From Macrostomum lignano (Eukaryota), in assembly GCA_002269645.1 (NCBI GenBank), contig NIVC01000055.1, positions 124,001 to 188,000 of the forward strand: a DNA stretch of 64,000 bases, read 5' to 3'. The notes below the pieces were generated by a model that saw nothing but the letters and a program-made list of their open reading frames with translations, made no database searches and was not told where the DNA came from. Below are positions 17,157-28,297 of the stretch, one piece after another (the first letter of the stretch is position 1; each line of letters begins with the position of its first letter). Position numbers and translations under genes: made by a program.

Positions 17157-17830
17157 TCTGCAGTCTCCTTCAGTCTATCTGCAGTCTCCTTCAGTCTATC
17201 TGCAGTCTCCTTCAGTCTATCTGCAGTCTCCTTCAGTCTATCTGCAGTCTCCTTCAGTCTATCTGCAGTCTCCTTCAGTCTATCTGCAGTCTCCTTCAGT
17301 CTATCTGCAGTCACCTTCAGTCTATCTGCAGTCACCTTCAGTCTATCTGCAGTCTCCTTCAGTCTATCTGCAGTCTCCTTCAGTCTATCTGCAGTCTCCT
17401 TCAGTCTATCTGCAGTCTCATTCAGTCTATCTGCAGTCTCCTTCAGTCTATCTGCAGTCTCCTTCAGTCTATCTGCAGTCTCCTTCAGTCTATCTGCAGT
17501 CTCCTTCAGTCTATCTGCAGTCTCCTTCAGTCTATCTGCAGTCTCCTTCAGTCTATCTGCAGTCTCCTTCAGTCTATCTGCAGTCACCTTCAGTCTATCT
17601 GCAGTCACCTTCAGTCTATCTGCAGTCACCTTCAGTCTATCTGCAGTCACCTTCAGTCTGGTAGAAGTCAATCTACCATCTCTCTCGATCTATCTACCGT
17701 CTCCCCCAATCTATCTACTATCTCCGCCAATCAATCTACCATCTCCGCCAATCAATCTACCATCTCCTCCAATCTGTCTACCGTCTCCACCAATCTATCT
17801 ACCATTTCCCCCAATCTTTCAATCTCCATC
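17157..17830. repeat. 21-bp minisatellite (TCTGCAGTCTCCTTCAGTCTA)n plus degenerate tail
   Basis: Direct reading. Confidence 0.93.
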
Positions 17831-18849
17831 TCTCAGTTTCGCACGCAGTTTAGCACATATGCAAATCAGTTTCCCTCACACAGCACATCCGCTCCGGCCT
17901 CTTTTGGAACCCATCGAATAAACAAGCCGGCTGGAGCCGCACAAGCACGGCGAGGCGCGTCCGGTTTCACTTCGCGCTCAAGCATCTGCATCTGATCAAA
18001 TGCCTGCATGCGTTCCAGCCTCTCTCGCTTGCAGTGCAAACCTGATTCTCAACCAGTCAACCGTATCCATGACAACCCAGTGCGGAGTATTTGGCCCTTC
18101 GTATCTCGGAGCGCACCGTACCGTGAGACAGGCGCACACAAAAATTTACAATATACAAACTCTCAATGCAATGATGAATCTATGCATCAATATGAGTAGC
18201 TAGGACAGTCTGCAGTGTGTGGCTACCGAGGCTACCGAGGCTACCGAGGCTACCGAGGCTACCGTGGTCCCGGACAGATTAAAAGTCAAATTCCAACGTT
18301 CCCTTAGCCAGTGGTGGGAAAGCTGCAAGCAAAGTGTGAAGACAGAGACGGTCATAAACAGTTTTATTGCTTCCCATAGCCAGACAGGCTGCTTTTGGTC
18401 TTCTGCTCCTGGCCAAGCAGTTTTATCGCCGCTGCCAAAAGCAAGAGCGGTCTGATGCTGCCGAACCCCCGGGGTGCAAAATACTTTGCTAATACCAAGC
18501 CTCGAAGGCTACACCAAACTGCAGAGCTGGTGTAGAAAGTTATTTTTTAAATTTATTAAAATCATTGCCATCACGTGAACAGTTGGTCTCCGAATGGAAT
18601 ATCGAATCTAAGAATTTATATTGGGGATGATCGGCGGCGCGGGGATCCTCCCGGGAATTCATGATGCTATTAAAGTTCGGCGTCAACTAATAAAACTCTG
18701 TTAAACTTTATGACGCGCAGGTAGTGCAGTGCGCGCGGGTTTGACAAGATAAAGGCGCATTTCAAGGCTTTTGGGTCAGTGAGCGGGAAGTTGGTGAAAC
18801 ATGAGCGCCTTCTTCAAGTTTTGTCACCTTTTGGCGCTTTGCCAGGTGA

Positions 18850-19620
18850 AGACTTTGGAGTTTAGCTCGATAAACACTTTGGAGTTTATAGCTAGATAAA
18901 CACTTTAGAGCTTATAGCTAGATAAACACTTTGGAGTTTAGCTGGATAAACACTGGAGTTTAGCTAGATAAACACTTTGGAGTTTAGCTAAATAAACACT
19001 TTGGAGTTTAGCTGTATAAACACTGGAGTTTAGCTGGATAAACACTGGAGTTTAGCTAGATAAACACTTTGGAGTTTAGCTAAATAAACACTTTGGAGTT
19101 TAGCTGGATAAACACTGGAGTTTAGCTAGATAAACACTTTGGAGTTTAGCTAAATAAACACTTTGGAGTTTAGCTGTATAAACACTGGAGTTTAGCTGGA
19201 TAAACACTGGAGTTTAGCTAGATAAACACTTTGGAGTTTAGCTGGATAAACACTGGAGTTTAGCTAGATAAACACTTTGGAGTTTAGCTAAATAAACACT
19301 TTGGAGTTTAGCTGTATAAACACTGGAGTTTAGCTAGATAAACACTTTGGAGTTTATAGCTAGATAAACACTTTGGAGTTTATAGCTAGATAAACACTTT
19401 GGAGTTTATAGCTAGATAAACACTTTGGAGTTTATAGCTAGATAAACACTTTGGAGTTTAGCTGGATAAACACTTTGGAGTTTATAGGTGGATAAAAACT
19501 TGGAGTTTATAGGTGGATAAACACTTTGGAGTTTATAGGTGGATAAAAACTTGGAGTTTATAGGTGGGTAAACACTTTGGAGTTTAGCTGGATAAACACT
19601 GGAGTTTTAGCTAGATAAAC
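18850..19620. repeat. 24-28-bp minisatellite (TTTGGAGTTTAGCTAGATAAACAC)
   Basis: Direct reading. Confidence 0.92.
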
Positions 19621-20099
19621 AATTTTGCACTGAGAACAAACAAACTTTCAGCTTTCTAGAATATTCCAAAACCACTATAGAAATTCCTTCACTATTTCCG
19701 CTCAAATGCACCCAGGCCTGACCTCTGCAGATTCGCTTTCCAACTGCCATGGAGAGCAGGTACATTGAGCAACAGCTGCTGCGGCCTCAATACGCAGCTG
19801 CAGAATTGCTTCAAAGTTAGCAAGCAAGAGAACAAAATTGAAAAAAGCAATTTCTCTATTATGTACTTCTAGAATCAAGGTTTCGTCTCAAATACGGCAT
19901 TACTGGTTTGCAAAAATAACTGATCGAAAAAAGTGATTCTAAGAAGGTTCTTGATGAGGCCAAACACTTCCGAGGGTACGGAGAACAGCTGTGAGTTCTG
20001 AGCTCGCAAACCCGCTGATCAACTGCGCAAAACTGCAGTGAAACCGCGGTTCGTGTTTAACTGGTGAGCCAGCGCTACCACCTGACCAGCCCATCCGTG

Positions 20100-21025
20100 T
20101 CTCTCCCTCACTGCCCCCTCTCACTGTCCACTCTCCTCTCACTGTCCACTCTCTCCCCCTCTCCCCTCTCACTGTCCACTCTCTCCCACTCTCCACTCAC
20201 TGTCCACTCTCTCACCCTCTCCTCTCACTGTCCACTCTCCCCCTCTCCCTGACCACTCTCTCCCACTCTCCACTCACTGTCCACTCTCTCCCCCTCTCCC
20301 CTCTCCCTGTCCACTCTCTCACCCTCTCCTCTCACTGTCCACTCTCTCCCCCTCTCCACTCTCCCTGTCCACTCTCTCCCACTCTCCACTCACTGTCCAC
20401 TCTCTCCCCCTCTCCCCTCTCCCTGTCCACTCTCTCACCCTCTCCTCTCACTGTCCACTCTCTGATCTCACTTTCCACTCTCCTCTCACTATTCACTCCT
20501 CTCTCACTGTCCACTCTCTCCCACTCTCCCCTCTCTCCCACTCTCCCCTCTTACTGTCCACTCTCTCCCACTCTCTCCTCTCACTGTCCACTCTCTCCTC
20601 TCACTGTCCACTCTCCTCTCACTCTCCCCTCTCACTGTCCACTCTCTCCCACTCTCTCCTCTCAGTCCCCACTCTCTCTTCTCACTGTCCACTCTCCCCC
20701 CTCACTGTCCACTTTCTCCCACTCTCCACTCTCTCCCACTCTCCCCCCTCACTGTCCACTTTCTCCCACTCTCTCCTCTAACTATTCACTCCTCTCTCAC
20801 TGTCCACTCTCTCCCACTCTCCCCCCTCACTGTCCACTTTCTCCCACTCTCTCCTCTCACTATTCACTCCTCTCTCACTGTCCACTCTCTCCCACTCTCC
20901 CCTCTCACTGCCACTCTCTCCCACTCTCCCCCCTCACTGTCCACTCTCCTCTCACTATTCACTCCTCTCTCACTGTCCACTCTCTCCTCTCACTCTCCCC
21001 TCTCACTGTCCACTCTCTGCTCTCA
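20100..21025. repeat. Degenerate pyrimidine-rich repeat (CTCTCACTGTCCACTCT core)
   Basis: Direct reading. Confidence 0.9.
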
Positions 21026-21384
21026 CTAAGGTATTATAATAATGTATATTTATAGACACAACCGATTGTCACTTACCATTAAGTATAACAGTTTTGAAAC
21101 GAGAATCACCGCGAACGCTTCATTGTAACAAGAGGGAAAGGTGTGGCAGGATATACGAGTATATTCGAGCCTTTTCCTGTCTCTACCTGCAGCAAAGTGT
21201 GCTTTATAGGGGTTGAAATATTCAACTGAGCGGCGGTGCACAATAGGCTAAGTGAATCAATCGCTTCGCCAGCCAATGACCGCCGACTTGCTGGACCCGT
21301 GGGCTGCAGATACTTCACTATAGCCGGCTTTTCATGTAGCCTCGATCGGCTACTGTAAGTAGCGCGCATTGCAAATGTCCCGTA

Positions 21385-22078
21385 TAATCGAGGGTGGTTT
21401 GGCATGGATTATCGAGGGTGGTTTGGCACGGATTATCGAGGGTGGTGTGGATTATCGAGGGTGGTTTTGCAAGGATTATCGAGGGTGGTTTGGATTATCG
21501 AGGGTGGTTTGGATTATCGAGGATGGTTTTGCCAGGATTATCGAGGGTGGTGTGGATTATCGAGGGTGGTTTTGCAAGGATTATCGAGGGTGGTTTGGAT
21601 TATCGAGGGTGGTTTGGCATGGATTATCGAGGGTGGTTTGGATTATCGAGGGTGGTTTTGCAAGGATTATCGAGGGTGGTTTGGATTATCGAGGGCGATT
21701 TGGCAAGGATTATCGAGGGTGTTTTTGCAAGGATTATCGAGGGTGGTTTGGCATGGATTATCGAGGGTGGTTTGGCACGGATTATCGAGGGTGGTTTGGC
21801 ATGGATTATCGAGGGTGGTTTGGATTATCGAGGGTGGTTTGGCACGGGATTATCGAGGGTGGTTTGGCATGGATTATCGAGGGTGGTTTGGCATGGATTA
21901 TCGAGGGTGGTTTGGCATGGATTATCGAGGGTGGTTTGGCAAGGATTATCGAGGGTGGTTTGGATTATCGAGGGTGGTTTGGCACGGGATTATCGAGGGT
22001 GGTTTGGCATGGATTATCGAGGGTGCTTTGGCATGGATTATCGAGGGTGGTTTGGCACGGATTATCGAGGGCGGCTTG
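21385..22078. repeat. 19/24-bp minisatellite (GGATTATCGAGGGTGGTTT[GGCAT])
   Basis: Direct reading. Confidence 0.93.
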
Positions 22079-22639
22079 GCAAGCCCAGTAAACTAAGTCA
22101 AAGACAGCAAGTTTCAATCAATTTGAAATATGGATTAGAAACACGTTAGCAATATGCAGAAAAACAAAACACACCGTTAACTGGGGTTCACTCTGACAAA
22201 AGTTAATTTATTTTTGATTAGTTTCACAACAAATCTAGCAAGTTGATAAACAATTTGCAAAGCAAACTGAAGCAAAAGGAATTGGTCTGTTGCAGACAGG
22301 TCTCAATTCTCGCATTTTAAGCAGAGAGAGTTTAAAAATGGATAAATTACAGGATTAAAAAAGCAACAGATAGACAGAATTGAATTCACTGTGTTTTAGC
22401 TATTGTTTTTGGCCTCTGTAGAGAATTAAAGTCTCCGAATTATTATATAATGCATATAATAATAACATAAGTCCCTGTGACAGGCGGCAGCAACTACTTC
22501 ACATCTAAGCCAACATTAGGCAGCTTCTCGCAATCTGAATAACAGTGATAAGCAAAATTGTGCTGGACAATCATTCAACACAACAGGAGAAGCAGAAATA
22601 TTCTTGCTAATTAATAAAAAACTAGGGTAGCCGATTGAA

Positions 22640-23170
22640 TGGGCGATTCCTTGGTGGGTCAGCAGAGCGATTTCTTAGTGGGTCAGCAGGCGATTCCTTG
22701 GTGGGTCAGGAGGGCGATTCCTTGGTGGGTCAGGGGGCACTTCGTTGGTGGGTCAGGAGAGCGATTCCTTGGTGGGTCAGGAGGGCGATTCCTTGGTGGG
22801 TCAGGAGGGCGATTCCTTGGTGGGTCAGGGGGCACTTCGTTGGTGGGTCAGGAGAGCGATTCCTTGGTGGGTCAGGAGGGCGATTCCTTGGTGGGTCAGG
22901 AGGGCGATTCCTTGGTGGGTCAGGGGGCACTTCGTTGGTGGGTCAGGAGGGCGATTCCTTGGTGGGTCAGGAGGGCGATTCCTTGGTGGGTCAGCAGGGG
23001 ATTCCTTGGTGGGTCAGGAGGGCGATTCCTTGGTGGGTCAGGAGGGCGATTCCTTGGTGGGTCAGCAGGGGATTCCTTGGTGGGTCAGGAGAGCGATTCC
23101 TTGGTGGGTCAGGAGAGCGATTCCTTGGTGGGTCAGGAGGGCGATTCCTCGGTGGGTCAGGAGGCACTTC
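22640..23170. repeat. 24-bp minisatellite (GGTCAGGAGGGCGATTCCTTGGTG)
   Basis: Direct reading. Confidence 0.93.
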
Positions 23171-23421
23171 GTTGAAGGGACACCTCACACAGATCCCCAC
23201 ATTCTCAATCGGAAATGTTTTCAGTGGAACATCAAGGGCACAGATGAAGAAGCAAGCTTAGACAAAGAGAACTTATAAAATCATATTTTTGTTTGGCTAA
23301 GCTGTTGGAGCTTGTAATAACATATTTAGCAAATCAAACGAATGACTGCTAATAGTACAAGACATTTTCACATCAATCGTTACATTCATTCAGTATATAT
23401 TGAGCAGTAAGTCATGCTATT

Positions 23422-23690
23422 GTTACAGACCAGATCTAGCTGCAGTTACAGACCAGATCTAGCTGCAGTTACAGGGCAGATCTAGCTGCAGTTACAGGGC
23501 AGATCTAGCTGCAGTTACAGGGCAGATCTAGCTGCAGTTACAGACCAGATCTAGCTGCAGTTACAGACCAGATCTAGCTGCAGTTACAGACCAGATCTAG
23601 CTGCAGTTACAGACCAGATCTAGCTGCAGTTACAGACCAGATCTAGCTGCAGTTACAGACCAGATCTAGCTGCAGTTACAGACCAGATCA
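23422..23690. repeat. 23-bp minisatellite (GACCAGATCTAGCTGCAGTTACA) abutting the erlin stop codon
   Basis: Direct reading. Confidence 0.93.
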
Positions 23691-26600
23691 CGGCTGCCGC
23701 TTCCCAGCGGTGGCGGCGGGACCGGCCTTTGCGGCCCCAGCGGAAAGCATGACATTCTCGCTAAGCATGGTTGGAATGCTCTGGCCAAAGTAGATCTTGG
23801 TATTGTTAAACAAAGCCAGTAAGCGGGTGTACTCAAGGAACTCGGGCGTCAGCCGCAGCTTGTTGCCTTCGGCCTCCTTCTGCAGCCGGTAGAACTCGCT
23901 GTCAGTGGCCTGCTTGGCCCGGTACAGCTCCGCGTCCGAGTGGGACCGGGAGCGGGCGAGAGCGGCCTGGTCCTCGATCTCGGAGATCTTCTTCTCGCTC
24001 TCCTTCTGCGTGATCTTCATCTCCCATTCAATGCGCGAGATCTGGGCGGCCTTCTCAGCGTTGATGACGGCCTTCTTGCGCTCGGTCTCGGCCAGTTTCT
24101 CTTCAACACGCTGCCGCTCATTGGCGATCATCAGCTGCGTCTTCTCGGCCTCCATGGATTCGTAGTTCTTGCGCAGCGTCTCCGGGATCTTCGGCTTGGT
24201 GACGCGGACGGCCACGATTGAGAGGCCGGGAGCCATCTTGGTGAGGTCCTCTTGCAGGGCCGACTTCAGGTTCTCATCGATTTGGTCTGCGGGTGCGGTG
24301 GGATGGGGGGGGGAGTCTTCAGTCTGGTGCCGGGGTTGCGTTCGACATTAAAACGGTTGGGGTGGCAACTCTCCCCGTTCTCATGCCTCCTTTTCTTTTA
24401 CCTCAACTCCCCTCTCGAATCCTTCCCTCTCTAATCCCTCCTCTCGAATCCTTCCCTCTCTAATCCCTCCTCTCGAATCCTTCCCTCTCTAATCCCTCCT
24501 CTCGAATCCTTCCCTCTCTAATCCCTCCTCTCGAATCCTTCTCTCTCTAATCCCTCCTCTCGAATCCTTCCTTCTCTAATCCATCCTCTCGAATCCTTCC
24601 CTCTCTAATCCCTCCTCTCGAATCCTTCCCTCTCTAATCCCTCCTCTCGAATCCTTCCCTCTCTAATCCCTCCTCTCGAATCCTTCCCTCTCTAATCCCT
24701 CCTCTCGAATCCTTCCCTCTCTAATCCCTCCTCTCGAATCCTTCCCTCTCTAATCCCTCCTCTCGAATCCTTCCCTCTCTAATCCCTCCTCTCTAATCCC
24801 TCCTCTCGAATCCTTCCCTCTCTAATCCCTCCTCTCTAATTCCTCCTCTTGAATCCCTCCTCTCGAATCCTTCCCTCTCTAACCCCTCCTCTCTAATCCT
24901 TCCCTCTCTAATCCCTCCTCTCGAATCCTTCCCTCTCTAATCCCTCCTCTCTAATCCCTCCTCTCGAATCCTTCCCTCTCTAATCCCTCCTCTCTAATCC
25001 CTCCTCTCGAATCCTTCCCTCTCTAATCCCTCCTCTCGAATCCTTCCCTCTCTAATCCCTCCTCTCGAATCCTTTCCTCTCTAATCCCACCCTCTCTAAT
25101 CCCTTTCTGTCTAATCCCCCTGCCTATGCAATCCCTCAACCCTTCTCTAACCCTTCCCTCTAGACTCTAATCTACACCTCTCCTGTCTAATAATTTTCTC
25201 ATCCTTTTCTTTCCTCTTATGCTGAATCTCTAATGCCCCCTTTTTCTTTCTCATCTCCTCAGAAGCAGCACGCCTGTTTGGGCCAAGTGCGGCATCAGCT
25301 CACCGAACTTTTTAATGTAGACATCCTGCAGAGTATTCACTGAGCAGAACTGATTCAACTCGTGATGGATTTTATTGTAAATCAGCGTTCTGTCGTAATC
25401 GACAGAGAATTTCTTTACAACAGTGTGCGCGCTCTCCATGTCCAGGATGTTGACAACTTCGATCCGCTCGAAGTAGATCAGAACTCCGCCAGATGTTCCG
25501 CAGGGCACATTCTTCACCTCATCTGTTTGCAGGGTCACCTGGTGCGCGGGGATGGTGGTGCAGAAATGCAACAGGTTTAGCTCGGAACATCTGGGAGGGT
25601 GGCGACCGGCCCAGCAACTGAGGATCTGGGAGGCTGGCGACCGGCCCAGCAACTGAGGATCTGGGAGGCTGGCGACCGGCCCAGCAACTGAGGATCTGGG
25701 AGGCTGGCGACCAGCCCATGCAACTGAGGATCTGGGAGGCTGGCGACCGGCCCAGCAACTGAGGATCTGGGAGGCTGGCGACCGGCCCAGCAACTGAGGA
25801 TCTGGGAGGCTGGCGACCAGCCCATGCAACTGAGGATCTGGGAGGCTGGCGACCGGCCCAGCAACTGAGGATCTGGGAGGCTGGCGACCGGCCCAGCAAC
25901 TGAGTATCTGGGAGGCTGGCGACCAGCCCATGCAACTGAGGATCTGGGAGGCTGGCCCAGCAACTGAATATCTGGGAGGCTGGCCCAGCAACTGAGGATC
26001 TGGGAGGCTGGCCCAGCAACTGAGGATCTGGGAGGCTGGCCCAGCAACCGAATATCTGGGAGGCTGGCCCAGCAACTGAGGATCTGGGTGGCCCAGCAAC
26101 TGACACTCTGGGAAGCTGGCCCAGCAACTGAATATCTGGGAGGCTGGCCCAGCAACTGAGGATCTGGGAGGCTGGCCCAGCAACTGAGAGTCTGGGAGGC
26201 TGGCCCAGCAACTGACACTCTGGGAGGCTGGCCCAGCAACTGAATATCTGGGAGGCTGGCCCAGCAACTGAGGATCTGGGTGGCCCAGCAACTGAGGGTC
26301 TGAGAGGCTGGCCCAGCAACTGAGGATCTGGGAGGCTGGCCCAGCAACTGACACTCTAGGAGGCTGGCCCAGCAACTGAATATCTGGGAGGCTGGCCCAG
26401 CAATTGAGGATCTGGGAGGCTGGCCCAGCAACTGAATATCTGGGAGGCTGGCCCAGCAACTGAGGAGCTGGGAGGCTGGCCCAGCAACTGATGGTCTGGG
26501 AGGCTGGCCCAGCAACTGAGGATCTGGGAGGCTGGCCCAGCAACTGAATATCTGGGAGGCTGGCCCAGCAACTGAGGATCTGGGAGGCCGGCCCAGCAAC

Positions 26601-26986
26601 TGAGGAGCTGGGAGGCTGGCCCAGCAACTGATGGTCTGGGAGGAAAGTAGATTTTAGCACTGGCAACATCCTACCTGAACGTGTCGCACAGAGGTGATCA
26701 GGGGGAACATGACGTGCATTCCAGGCTGGGACACGGTCTGCAGCAGGGCGCCGGCTCGATAGTAAACGCCAACGTAACCTGAATGCGAAAAAAAATTTTT
26801 AGCTGCTTTTTCTCATATTTCTACTTTAAGTAGCTGAAATAGACGCGCATGAAAAAATAGAAATAGCACTAAATGAAGAAGTTATCAATTCCGCGCACCC
26901 TCGGGCACCATGTGAAGGCCCATAAAGCAGGCCCAAGCGAAAACTCCAACCAGACAGGCGGCGACTGAAAGCTGCGGGTTCATCAT
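23688..26986 (-). CDS. ERLIN: Erlin (SPFH/band-7 ER lipid raft protein), about 341 aa; exons complement(26899..26986, 26675..26778, 25304..25538, 23688..24286)
   Basis: Spliced translation [30 protein letters not shown]|[12 protein letters not shown]...VQ|[30 protein letters not shown]...[12 protein letters not shown]...F|DQIDENLK...MAPGL...[10 protein letters not shown] matches the erlin family as recalled. All three introns are GT-AG, phases 1/0/1 are consistent, and the total is 1026 nt. Confidence 0.95.
24410..25100. repeat. 29-bp minisatellite in erlin intron 3
   Basis: (TCCCTCCTCTCGAATCCTTCCCTCTCTAA)n. Confidence 0.92.
25590..26640. repeat. 28/36-bp minisatellite in erlin intron 2
   Basis: (CTGGGAGGCTGGCCCAGCAACTGAGGAT)n and longer variants. 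Confidence 0.93.
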
Positions 26987-27064
26987 CTCAGAAGAAACTC
27001 GTTAAGAGCTGGACTGCAAGCAGGAATGCGGCACGGAACGGTTGGAAATATGAGGAATCGTCAA

Positions 27065-27440
27065 TAACTGACCAAGGGAATTACCAATAACTGCTCAGGG
27101 GAATTATCAATAACTGCTCAAGGGAATTATCAATAACTGCTCAGGGGAATTATCAATAACTGCTCAGGGGAATTATCAATAACTGCTCAGGAGAATTATC
27201 AAAAACTGCTGAAGGGAATTATCGATAACTGCTCAGGGGAATTATCGATAACTGCTCAGGGGAATTATCGATAACTGCTCAGGGGAATTACCAATAACTG
27301 CTCAGGGGAATTACCAATAACTGCTCAGGGGAATTACCAATAACTGCTCAGGGGAATTACCAATAACTGCTCAGGGGAATTACCAATAACTGCTCAGGGG
27401 AATTACCAATAACTGCTCAGGGAAATTACCAATAACTGCT
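27065..27440. repeat. 23-bp minisatellite upstream of erlin
   Basis: (TCAGGGGAATTACCAATAACTGC)n. Confidence 0.92.
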
Positions 27441-27689
27441 AATTGTACAAGAAACTCAATGGGAACTACACAGACCAAGTGGTATTTTACTCACGAGTCG
27501 TTAATTATCCTTACTAAGCAAAATGTATTAAAATTAATAGAGCTTCAAGATGCACGAATGTAAAGAATGGATCGCATACACAAGAAATATATTTTGATTT
27601 TTAAAACGTAACAAATATCGAATCGAATGCACAAGTGATGCATATTGCTAAAGAATGAACTTTACAGATCTGATAACCGGGGAGTGACT

Positions 27690-28297
27690 CTGTGGATTGG
27701 GGAGTGACATTTCGGATAGTGGAGTGACACTTCGGATTGGATATCGGATTGGATTGGATTGGAGTGACATTTCGGATCGGGAAGTGACATTTCAGACCCG
27801 GGAGTGACATTTCAGATCGGGGAGTGACATTTCAGACCGGGGAGTGACACTTCGGATCGGGGAGTGACATTTCGGATCGAGGAGTGACATTTCAAACCGG
27901 GGAGTGACATTTCAAATCGGGAAGTGAAATTTAGGATGGGGAGTGATATTTGAGATCCGGGAGTGACATTTCAGACCGGGGAGTGACACTTCGGATCGGG
28001 GAGTGACATTTCAGAGAGGGAAGTGACATTTCAGACATGGTAGTGACATTTCAGACATGGTAGTGACATTTCAGATCGGGAAGTGACATTTCAGATCGGA
28101 GAGTGACATTTCAGATCGGAGAGTGACATTTCAGATGGGGGAGTGACATTTCAGATCGGAGAGTGACATTTCAGACCCGGGAGTGACATTTCAGACCCGG
28201 GAGTGACATTTCGGATCGGGGAGTGACATTTCAGATCGGGGAGTGACATTTCAGACCCGGGAGTGACATTTCAGACCCGGGAGTGACATTTCGGATC
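27690..28297. repeat. 20-bp minisatellite (GAGTGACATTTCAGACCCGG) overlapping the FBXO22-like stop codon
   Basis: Direct reading. Confidence 0.92.

Noticed and set aside
17111-17671. Minus-strand ORF of perfect heptads (LKETADR)n resembling a coiled coil
   Set aside because: It follows trivially from a 21-bp unit, starts at TTG and has no supporting exon context.
25251-26669. 472-aa ORF fusing repeat sequence to erlin exon 3
   Set aside because: Read-through of intron 2. The true exon is bounded by AG at 25540-25539 and GT at 25303-25302.
25539-26674. Intron origin by tandem duplication of exon sequence
   Set aside because: The arrays are offset from the splice sites and their units do not resemble the flanking exons.
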